The notes under the pieces were generated by a model. It saw only the letters and a list, made by a program, of their open reading frames with translations, ran no database searches and was not told the DNA's origin. Shown piece after piece: positions 46,346 through 52,833 of a stretch of DNA of 52,833 nucleotides (the first letter of the stretch is position 1; each line of letters begins with the position of its first letter). The stretch comes from a virus (Duplodnaviria; Caudoviricetes). Both the position numbers and the translations under genes were made by a program. The stretch lies in the IMG/VR virus record IMGVR_UViG_3300034993_000256, positions 1 through 52,833 of that record; one strand, written 5' to 3'.

Positions 46346-46569
46346 ATCCGGACCACCGTCAATGCTTTGTTTGTTGTCCAATCAGCAATGAACGGCCCAA
46401 GGTGATCAGAGCAGACGAATACCTGCTTACTGCCGTTGGAGACTGTGAAGCCTGGGTGACGATCGCAGAACATGCACTTGCTCGGTTTGCCGTGATCGTG
46501 AGCGGCGAAATCGCGCGCCTTGATGATCTCCGCCGAGCGGAGGACGACGTCCCTGATGAACTTCCTCAT
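46342..46569 (-). CDS. small Zn-finger-like protein
   Basis: CMFC...CSDH; ATGA coupling, GGAG RBS. Confidence 0.65.
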   Translation of the reverse strand: MRKFIRDVVLRSAEIIKARDFAAHDHGKPSKCMFCDRHPGFTVSNGSKQVFVCSDHLGPFIADWTTNKALTVVRI

Positions 46570-46811
46570 GACTCCTGCCTCGCGAGGAATTGGGCGGCGG
46601 TCTCTCGGCTGCGGAACCCGCCGCAGGAAACCCAAGTCAGCGCCGGGTGCTGTTGAAAGCGGACTATCCATATCCCCCCACGCTTACCGTTGCTCTTGGC
46701 GGTCGACCCAACGTATTCACCTGCTGGCGAAAATACGTCCCAGAGTGGACTGCCGTTATAGGCCGTTCCGTTGCGGGTGAATCTGAAGGATTCTGTCTGT
46801 GTCTTTGTCAT
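46566..46811 (-). CDS. early hypothetical protein (leaderless)
   Basis: ATG 6 nt after the -10 of P4. Confidence 0.75.
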   Translation of the reverse strand: MTKTQTESFRFTRNGTAYNGSPLWDVFSPAGEYVGSTAKSNGKRGGIWIVRFQQHPALTWVSCGGFRSRETAAQFLARQES

Positions 46812-46817
46812 AAGAAC

Positions 46818-46847
46818 ATTGTACCATATCTCATGAAGTTTGTCCAG
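46818..46847 (-). promoter_or_regulatory. promoter P4, CTGGACA-N17-TACAAT
   Basis: -35 at 46841-46 and -10 at 46818-23, with extended TG. Confidence 0.88.
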
Positions 46848-46858
46848 TGGGACCCCGA

Positions 46859-46884
46859 GCTCGCCAGCGAAGGGACTGGCGAGC
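46859..46884 (-). terminator. hairpin terminator upstream of P4
   Basis: GCTCGCCAG / CTGGCGAGC 9-bp stem, extendable, downstream of the LPxTG gene. Confidence 0.6.
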
Positions 46885-46910
46885 CCGGGAAAGTGACGTG
46901 CGGGTTGACG

Positions 46911-47558
46911 TTATTTACGGCGGGCGACGCTGACCGCCGTACCTCCGAGTGTCAATAGCACGGTCACGATGATCAGAAGGGTGATTGAGTTGCCAGTCGG
47001 CGGGAGTTCGGGCGGGTCAGTGACGACCGGCCCAGAGGAAGAAGACGGTAATGAAGACGATGATGGCACTGACGACGAGGAGGGCGACGACGATGAAGGT
47101 GGTGTAGTCGTCGACGTAGCGGGGGAGGTCGTCGTAGTATCGGTCGGCTGTGTCGTCGTCGGGGAAGTGGATGTCGGCGGGGTCGTCGTGGTCGTTGATG
47201 TCGTCGTCTCCTCTGGGATGGTGGTCTCTGGTGGTTGATCGCTCTTGCAGACGTAGGCGTGACTGATCTCGTACTGCTGGTAGCTCACGTCGAGCACCTG
47301 GCCTGGCATGACCGGGGTGAATGTGATGTGCGATCCGCCGCCCGGCCCGCCGACCTTCAAGATGACACCGGTGACCGTCCACCCTGACGGCGGAGTCGGA
47401 ACGGTGAACGTATAGCCGTCGAGTGGTTCGACCTTGTAATCAAAGGTGGTCCCTGTCGGGCACGAGAAGACGTCGCCGTCTTGGGCCGCCGCGACGGCTG
47501 GGACGAGAAGGGACAGCAGCGCTCCAAGGAACACGGCTGCGATGGACTTGTACTTCAT
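46911..47558 (-). CDS. secreted sortase-anchored (LPxTG) surface protein
   Basis: Signal peptide MKYK...AAAQ, ~85-aa domain with two Cys, T/S-rich stalk, then LPPTG, TM helix and ARRK tail. Confidence 0.85.
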   Translation of the reverse strand: MKYKSIAAVFLGALLSLLVPAVAAAQDGDVFSCPTGTTFDYKVEPLDGYTFTVPTPPSGWTVTGVILKVGGPGGGSHITFTPVMPGQVLDVSYQQYEISHAYVCKSDQPPETTIPEETTTSTTTTTPPTSTSPTTTQPTDTTTTSPATSTTTPPSSSSPSSSSVPSSSSLPSSSSGPVVTDPPELPPTGNSITLLIIVTVLLTLGGTAVSVARRK

Positions 47559-47758
47559 GGGTGCCCGCTTTCTATTGGTGGAGATTGAGATGGTGGCAGC
47601 TCGAAGGCGACCAGGCCGACGCCGTAGCCCCAGTCGGCTTCCTCGACTGGCTTCGCTCCGAGGACACGCGCGGCGTCGAGGTCGTCTACGACGGTCATCA
47701 GAATTGATGGCTCGTTGCAGCAGAGGCAGCCGATCGACATCACGACGTACTGGCTCAT
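47555..47758 (-). CDS. small hypothetical protein
   Basis: GAGGTG RBS; GCLCC; coupled at both ends. Confidence 0.6.
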   Translation of the reverse strand: MSQYVVMSIGCLCCNEPSILMTVVDDLDAARVLGAKPVEEADWGYGVGLVAFELPPSQSPPIESGHP

Positions 47759-48471
47759 CCCGGCCACCTCGCACAATCCCCGTTGCGGATGTGCAGGTTC
47801 GGTCGGCCGTTGTCGTAGTAGCACCACGGACGCTTGCCTTGGTCGGTGAGCACCGCGACGTAGGCAAGCATCGACGGCCACGGCGCTGCGATCGTCGCTT
47901 CGCGCGTGCAGATCCCGACCTTCTCGCATGTGAACGGCCGGAGGACATCGGTGATCTGCCCGAAGCCAACATCCTCTCGGGTGCCTTGATGGGCGCGCTC
48001 GGTGCACGGCATCAGCATGTAGGTGTCGTGCGACCAGGCTCGGCTGTTCCAACAGAACGCCGACTCGCCGGCCATGATCTGTTGCACGAACGTCGCCCGC
48101 GCCTCGATTTGAATCTCGTTCCATCCGTAGAACGCGGCGACCACCCGGTATGCCTCCATCGCCGGGGCCGGGCACTGCCAGCAATAGGCGAGACCGTTGA
48201 CGTAGGCGACGGGGTCGAACGGCCGGAGCGGTGGCTCCGAAACTTGAATCTGTACCTCGGCCCGGACTGCTGGCTTGGTGGTGATTGCGGCGTCGGTGAA
48301 CGACGGTGGAAGGTTGGTGGTCTGCCAGATTGTCGGCGGAGACGTTTCTATGGTCCGGATCGTGTCAGGCGATTCGTCGGTCATGTCAATGCAGCCGCCG
48401 ATTGCGGCGCCAAGACAGACGGCCATCAATGTTAGGATCGCAGCAACGATACCGATGTCCTGTCGTTTCAC
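47755..48471 (-). CDS. membrane-anchored lysozyme-like/lytic transglycosylase protein
   Basis: N-terminal TM or possible lipobox (AIGGC), T/P linker, SLT-like motifs IMAGES and GFGQI, C-terminal PW. Confidence 0.6.
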   Translation of the reverse strand: MKRQDIGIVAAILTLMAVCLGAAIGGCIDMTDESPDTIRTIETSPPTIWQTTNLPPSFTDAAITTKPAVRAEVQIQVSEPPLRPFDPVAYVNGLAYCWQCPAPAMEAYRVVAAFYGWNEIQIEARATFVQQIMAGESAFCWNSRAWSHDTYMLMPCTERAHQGTREDVGFGQITDVLRPFTCEKVGICTREATIAAPWPSMLAYVAVLTDQGKRPWCYYDNGRPNLHIRNGDCARWPG

Positions 48472-48620
48472 GCGAGCTTCTCCACTCGGTAAATGGCCAT
48501 TCCACGTCGGACCAACCGATTCGCCGAACGACACTCTAGTATCGCGCCGATACGCGTCCAGTGTCGACTCTCGAGGTACCCGTTGTTCTGGACGACCCAC
48601 CTACGAATGCGGAACATCAT
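48468..48620 (-). CDS. small basic hypothetical protein (50 aa)
   Basis: Fills the gap with ATGA and GTGA overlaps; MMFRIRRWVVQNNGY. Confidence 0.5.
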   Translation of the reverse strand: MMFRIRRWVVQNNGYLESRHWTRIGAILECRSANRLVRRGMAIYRVEKLA

Positions 48621-49210
48621 GACTCCCAATTCCAGACGCCTTGCCGGCCGGTGACGGGGATCGGGTCGCAGGGTTCGGCGTCAGCGAGCAGCCACGCCCA
48701 CCGTCCCGGGGCAAAGTCACCGAACGGAAGCTGATCCGACACGTCGTCCGCGTCCGCAGGATGCCGATCGACGTAGCAGCGCCAGAGGGTGCCATTGTCG
48801 CGGCGGACCTTGACGACAGACTCGTAGTAACCGCCGCAATCGTCGATCGGGACGCAGTCGGTGAGTACCGCTGTACCGACGACAGCACCGAGCGGCACCT
48901 GCGGGATAGCGATGGGCCATCCGGCCTCGTTGAGTACGTCGCAGCCGACTTGATCAACGCGTCGTTTGGCGGCGTGGATGGCGATGCGTTGCCCGATCAG
49001 AGCCGGCGGCGCGGGCCACGACCGCGTCTCAATCGTCTTGAACGGGATCGCCTTGAACAGACTGCCGGGGATGCGACACATATTCGTGTAGCCGAACGAT
49101 TCCTGATGGACCCATAGGCCGTACCGCCACACGATCGGCGCGCCGCAATCGCACGGTCGGGGGAGCACGCACAGCGACGCCCACGGCTGCCAGAGTGTCA
49201 GCGCTTTCAC
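48617..49210 (-). CDS. ASCH domain protein
   Basis: KALTLWQPWASL, KTIETRSW, IAIHAAK, GAVVG, GRQGVW. Confidence 0.88.
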   Translation of the reverse strand: MKALTLWQPWASLCVLPRPCDCGAPIVWRYGLWVHQESFGYTNMCRIPGSLFKAIPFKTIETRSWPAPPALIGQRIAIHAAKRRVDQVGCDVLNEAGWPIAIPQVPLGAVVGTAVLTDCVPIDDCGGYYESVVKVRRDNGTLWRCYVDRHPADADDVSDQLPFGDFAPGRWAWLLADAEPCDPIPVTGRQGVWNWES

Positions 49211-49446
49211 GACGGGTACTCTCCTGCCAAACGAAGGGCGATGAGCTCGCCGAGGTGCTTGCGGCAGACGAAGGTGGTGTACTCGTCATCGCGATGAACT
49301 CGCGGGTCCTGTCGTTGCGTGGGCGGTGTGACCGTGTAAGCGATCGCCTCCTCACACCGACCGGGTTCGAACTCACAGAACCTCGTCGGCAACTTGGAGA
49401 CGTACGCCTCAACGGTCAACTCAGGAAGTCGGTGTGTCATGGTCAT
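49207..49446 (-). CDS. early small Cys/His protein (leaderless)
   Basis: ATG 6 nt after the -10 of P3; C.....C and C..H. Confidence 0.7.
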   Translation of the reverse strand: MTMTHRLPELTVEAYVSKLPTRFCEFEPGRCEEAIAYTVTPPTQRQDPRVHRDDEYTTFVCRKHLGELIALRLAGEYPS

Positions 49447-49452
49447 GAGATC

Positions 49453-49482
49453 ATTGTATCATCTCTCAGCGGAGATGTCCAG
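49453..49482 (-). promoter_or_regulatory. promoter P3, CTGGACA-N17-TACAAT
   Basis: -35 at 49476-81 and -10 at 49453-58. Confidence 0.88.
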
Positions 49483-49489
49483 TGATTCT

Positions 49490-50002
49490 TCAGACGTCTT
49501 CCGCGGTGCCCTCGATGAGGGCAGGGACGTCGGTCTTCGCGACAGCGAGCAGGTCGTCCTCACCGTAGATCTCGAGGCCGACGAGCCAGGTGATGAGGGC
49601 GTCGTCGTCGCCACCCGTGAGGGCCGTGGCATTGCCCGTGCTGTACCAAACGCCGCCGGACTTGATGGCAGCATAGTGGTACACTCGCCCGTTGTCGGCG
49701 GTGCGGGCGAAGCTGAACACACTGCCATCGCCGGCACCCGCAAACAGGTCGCTCAGGTGCGCGACTGCCGCCTCCACTCGCTCCCGCAGGCCCTCGGTAC
49801 GACGCCCGGCGAGAATCTCGCTGGCGAGTTCTTGTGCCTCGTGATTGACGAATTTCATGTCATTGTCTTCTTTCCTTAGTTGGATTGGTTGTGATGGAGT
49901 CCATCCGTCGAGCATGCTTGGGAAGAATCCGGATCCGCCTCCGCCTCCGCCTCCGCCTCCGACGATGAAGCTGCTGTACCCGGCACCACCGCTACCGCTC
50001 AT
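49490..50002 (-). CDS. hypothetical protein (Gly-rich leader; alternative start at 49858)
   Basis: YHYAAIKSGGVWYSTG core; ATG 50002 is coupled to the upstream stop, ATG 49858 has an AAGGAAG RBS. Confidence 0.7.
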   Translation of the reverse strand: MSGSGGAGYSSFIVGGGGGGGGGSGFFPSMLDGWTPSQPIQLRKEDNDMKFVNHEAQELASEILAGRRTEGLRERVEAAVAHLSDLFAGAGDGSVFSFARTADNGRVYHYAAIKSGGVWYSTGNATALTGGDDDALITWLVGLEIYGEDDLLAVAKTDVPALIEGTAEDV

Positions 50003-50271
50003 GACGGCCTCCAAATCTCATCGCGGACTTTCGTCCAACTCCAGACTTTCTGAGCGTTCAACCACTTCGTTCGGACGGCTTCTGAGGTGAGGCCGCGTAC
50101 ATGGATGAAGGCGAGTGACGGATCGTCGCCGTGGATATGGACGGTGATCAGGTTGACGCCCTGGTGCACCTCGGCCTCAGGCGGAGGTTCCCAATCGCGG
50201 GCGACAGTCGCGATCCGAACGGTCGGGTCTATGTCATTGCTGACACCGAAGGCCTCCCATGGCGCAGTCAT
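49999..50271 (-). CDS. hypothetical protein
   Basis: AAGGAG RBS, ATGA overlaps. Confidence 0.65.
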   Translation of the reverse strand: MTAPWEAFGVSNDIDPTVRIATVARDWEPPPEAEVHQGVNLITVHIHGDDPSLAFIHVRGLTSEAVRTKWLNAQKVWSWTKVRDEIWRPS

Positions 50272-50525
50272 TCTGGCTCCTTGCAATCAGGGGCCCCACA
50301 GGATTCTGTGAGGCCGCGGGCGATCCGATCAAATGTGGAACGAACGATGTCGGCCTGGCACCAGCAGTACACGTCGGCTCGACGGTGCGTTCGGGTCGGA
50401 TTGGGCTTTTCCGCAATCTGACCGTGAGTGAGTTGACCGCGGAGAGTATCACGGATGCCGCGACCGTCGCGGTAGTGATGCTGAGCAAGGGCGCTGACAA
50501 CACCGAGAGTGCGTACTCTCGTCAC
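50268..50525 (-). CDS. small Zn-ribbon-like protein
   Basis: CWC...SCG..DC; GTGA overlap. Confidence 0.65.
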   Translation of the reverse strand: MTRVRTLGVVSALAQHHYRDGRGIRDTLRGQLTHGQIAEKPNPTRTHRRADVYCWCQADIVRSTFDRIARGLTESCGAPDCKEPE

Positions 50526-51025
50526 AGCCACCGTACTCCACTGCCAACTTCCGCGAGGCGGTCGATGTCGATGATCGGGCTGACAGGTAGCGGGAGTTTG
50601 GCAGGGCCAACCTCGAGTCCCTGCTCGAAGAAAGCCTCGCGGAGGAGGCGGCCGTAGTGCGGGCCGTAGACGACGGCTGCGAGTTCGGCATAAATGGCGC
50701 GGTAGCCGGGGCCGTGGTGCTCTCGTTCGTCAACGTGAGCGCGACGAGCGATGATGTGCGCGAGCTCGTGGACGGCGACGTGCCGGCCGACGATGTTCGG
50801 TGCGAACCGGATCGTCTGGTACTGGGCGTACGCAGCCTGGGTAGCGAGCCGGACTGATGCTTCACCGACGTACACCTGCCCGACGAACGGGAGCACCCAG
50901 GGGTGCTCCGCAATCTCGCGGGTCTCGGCGATCAGTGAGCGCCGGTCGAACATGTCTCCAAGTGGCGTACCCTCGAAGGCGAGGCGCTGGGCGTCATAGA
51001 CGCGTTCATCCTGTGTCGTAGTCAT
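50522..51025 (-). CDS. HExxH metallopeptidase-like protein (Rv0185-like), leaderless
   Basis: RVYDAQ N-terminus, VHELAH and HHGPGY. Confidence 0.8.
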   Translation of the reverse strand: MTTTQDERVYDAQRLAFEGTPLGDMFDRRSLIAETREIAEHPWVLPFVGQVYVGEASVRLATQAAYAQYQTIRFAPNIVGRHVAVHELAHIIARRAHVDEREHHGPGYRAIYAELAAVVYGPHYGRLLREAFFEQGLEVGPAKLPLPVSPIIDIDRLAEVGSGVRWL

Positions 51026-51231
51026 GAGGTCATTGTACTATGATCTCGTGCGGATGTCCAGCGTTTCTTTCGCGGTTGCCGAAGTTGCTTGCGTTTGGTG
51101 CGCATCTTGCGACGGATGCCGGCGAGTTCGGCCTCCTCCTCGTCGGTGAGGTCCTCCTCATCGTCGATGAGTTTGATGAGGAGGTCGAGCTCGGGCACGG
51201 TGAGACCGACGTTGTAGGCGAGGCGAGTCAC
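51022..51231 (-). CDS. small acidic/basic hypothetical protein
   Basis: GTGA overlap upstream; PELDLLIK motif. Confidence 0.65.
   Translation of the reverse strand: MTRLAYNVGLTVPELDLLIKLIDDEEDLTDEEEAELAGIRRKMRTKRKQLRQPRKKRWTSARDHSTMTS
51032..51061 (-). promoter_or_regulatory. promoter P2, CTGGACA-N17-TACAAT
   Basis: -35 at 51055-60 and -10 at 51032-37; embedded in the upstream ORF. Confidence 0.85.
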
Positions 51232-52013
51232 CGTCCAAGCGCCTTCCGCGAGCCGACTTGGTTGTTGCTGGAGAGGTCTGCGTTGCGGCCGGCCTCGGCA
51301 CCGCGGCTGTAGCCATTGTGGCCGCCGCCGTCGATACCGCTGGCGGCCCGCGTCTTGACGTTGGCGCGGAAGGTGTCGTTGACCTGACGCTTGCGGTCAA
51401 CGAGTACGAGGGCGGCAGAGGCAACGTCGACCCCCTCTTCGGTAGCTGCAGCCTGGGCGGCCTGGTGCGCTCGGCGGAGGCGGGCGCGGATCTGGTCGGC
51501 ATAGCCTGAGTAGAACCCGCGCCGCTCCCGGATGGTGGCAGCCTGGACTGCGCCCTTCCAACTGCGGTAGGCGTCACCAGAGGGGTTGTATTCGTCGATG
51601 TAGTCAGGCGGGTCGATGAGTTGAACCCGGAGGTCGGCGTCGGCAAGGAGCCGATTGACGAGGGCGATCACCTGGTCGATGTCGGACCTGAACCCGTACG
51701 CCTTCAGGCGACGGCTGTTCTGGTAGCCGGTCCAGAAGAGCTTGGCATCGAAGGCCTGGGCGACGGCATCGACGATCTCGATGCGGACCCGGCCGTAGAT
51801 GCCGTTGAAGTCGCCGACGGTGTCGGTGATGATCACGTCGTCCGCGGCGAGGTGCCCGCCGATGAGGGAGCGATCGATGCGGTGGCGCTCGATGAGTTGG
51901 AAGGCCTTCGCTTGGAAGGACTCCCGCTCCGCTTCGGTGCATCCCGGGTCGGCGCCCTGGGCGAGCAGCTTCTCCACTCGGATGATGAGGTCGAGGTCTG
52001 GTGTCTCGGCCAT
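51228..52013 (-). CDS. DUF2786 domain protein
   Basis: RVEKLLAQG...TEAE.E....KA.QLI..H.ID N-terminus; G...G..AG..ADL C-terminus; ATG 52013 (TGATG). Confidence 0.82.
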   Translation of the reverse strand: MAETPDLDLIIRVEKLLAQGADPGCTEAERESFQAKAFQLIERHRIDRSLIGGHLAADDVIITDTVGDFNGIYGRVRIEIVDAVAQAFDAKLFWTGYQNSRRLKAYGFRSDIDQVIALVNRLLADADLRVQLIDPPDYIDEYNPSGDAYRSWKGAVQAATIRERRGFYSGYADQIRARLRRAHQAAQAAATEEGVDVASAALVLVDRKRQVNDTFRANVKTRAASGIDGGGHNGYSRGAEAGRNADLSSNNQVGSRKALGR

Positions 52014-52297
52014 CAGACGCGCGGTCCTGTGACGGTGGTCCACTCGATGGTGGCGCCGAGCGACTTCAGGATGTCGGTGAGGGTGTCGATGAGCTCGCTG
52101 TCGGCGTGACAGCGTCGGGTGACGATGCCGTCCTGTTCGACCTCGGCCCAGTCGGCGGAGTTGTCGATTCGGATGATGAGGTCGAGGTCCGGCGTGTCGC
52201 TCGGCTGGTTGATGGTGTAGCACCCTGGGTGCTGCCCCTCTGTCACCGGCTTGCCGCAGGCTCCGCAGTTCTGGATGGTTGTCTGTGTCTTGGTCAT
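52013..52297 (-). CDS. early hypothetical protein (leaderless)
   Basis: ATG 6 nt after the -10 of P1; CGACG...H..C. Confidence 0.75.
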   Translation of the reverse strand: MTKTQTTIQNCGACGKPVTEGQHPGCYTINQPSDTPDLDLIIRIDNSADWAEVEQDGIVTRRCHADSELIDTLTDILKSLGATIEWTTVTGPRV

Positions 52298-52303
52298 GAG
52301 ATC

Positions 52304-52333
52304 ATTGTACTATGAATGAAGGCAGGTGTCCAG
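52304..52333 (-). promoter_or_regulatory. promoter P1, CTGGACA-N17-TACAAT
   Basis: -35 at 52327-32 and -10 at 52304-09. Confidence 0.88.
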
Positions 52334-52388
52334 CAGAAATTCGAGAATCTGGCAGAAGAGTACCGTTTGGGGCACGAGAACCTTACAC

Positions 52389-52422
52389 GGCAGTAGCGTA
52401 CCGCGAACGGTACGCTACTGCC
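52389..52422 (-). terminator. perfect 15-bp hairpin with UUCG loop on the - strand
   Basis: GGCAGTAGCGTACCG-cgaa-CGGTACGCTACTGCC between the last ORF and P1. Confidence 0.8.
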
Positions 52423-52443
52423 TGCCTGCCCTCCTGCGTCCCT

Positions 52444-52833
52444 TCAGGAGACGACGGTGAGGACCCGACGCATCGTCGGGAAGTTGGCGCCGATAACCCG
52501 GTTGATGCGAGCTGTCTCGCGGTCTGCACTCCTGGACATGTGCTCGTCGATGCCCTGGGCTGCCATCACCGCACCGAGTGCCGTGCCGTCGAGGTGCTGG
52601 TTGTACGGCCGGGTGTACTCGGTGAGGAAGGCCGTCATCCGTGCTTCGTGAGCGGTGATCGCCCGCTCGTTGGTGCCGTCTGCTTTCGGCGCGGGGCCGG
52701 CGGCGACCAGGGCGGCGTCGCCGCGCTGCAATTCAAAGGCGAGGAGGCGCTGGATCTCGACCTCGAGGTCGTCCATCTCGTGGGCGAGGGCGCGGAGCGT
52801 GTCCTTCGCGGCCTTCAACTTCCAGGTGTGATT
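52444..52833 (-). CDS. hypothetical protein, probably 5' truncated
   Basis: Frame stays open to the window edge; helical sequence. Confidence 0.6.
   Translation of the reverse strand, partial: NHTWKLKAAKDTLRALAHEMDDLEVEIQRLLAFELQRGDAALVAAGPAPKADGTNERAITAHEARMTAFLTEYTRPYNQHLDGTALGAVMAAQGIDEHMSRSADRETARINRVIGANFPTMRRVLTVVS

Noticed and set aside
1-52833. Integrase, tRNAs, reverse transcriptase/DGR, TET/JBP dioxygenase, 7-deazaguanine or PurZ genes
   Set aside because: No recognisable motifs found by eye; absence from the window does not exclude them from the rest of the genome.

Overview
Most of the genome of a GC-rich tailed dsDNA phage (siphovirus layout), probably of an actinobacterial host. 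No integrase, tRNA or CRISPR array was seen; the terminase N-terminus and a primase are absent and may lie outside the window. The + arm (1-29343) runs: terminase C-terminus, an unusual ~6.5 kb fibre/accessory block, portal, protease, two capsid-type proteins, major tail, a three-gene glycosylation cassette, neck genes, a probably frameshifted tail chaperone, tape measure, minor tails and lysis genes. The - arm (29344-52833) holds early genes driven by five CTGGACA-N17-TACAAT leaderless promoters, replication/recombination genes (Pol A, RuvC-like, SNF2 helicase, Cas4-like exonuclease, Sak4-like ATPase, SSB, two HNHs) and a dispersed DNA base-hypermodification toolkit. That toolkit comprises a dNMP kinase, an Asp-type (dCMP-like) thymidylate synthase homolog, a dCMP deaminase, a block of HAD phosphatase, amino acid:DNA transferase-like protein, dual-specificity phosphatase, HTH and P-loop kinase, and a block of MazG, NDT-like protein and a C5-methyltransferase with Lys in place of the motif X Asn. 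This is the best candidate for an undescribed system. All family calls come from motif recognition by eye; no searches were run.
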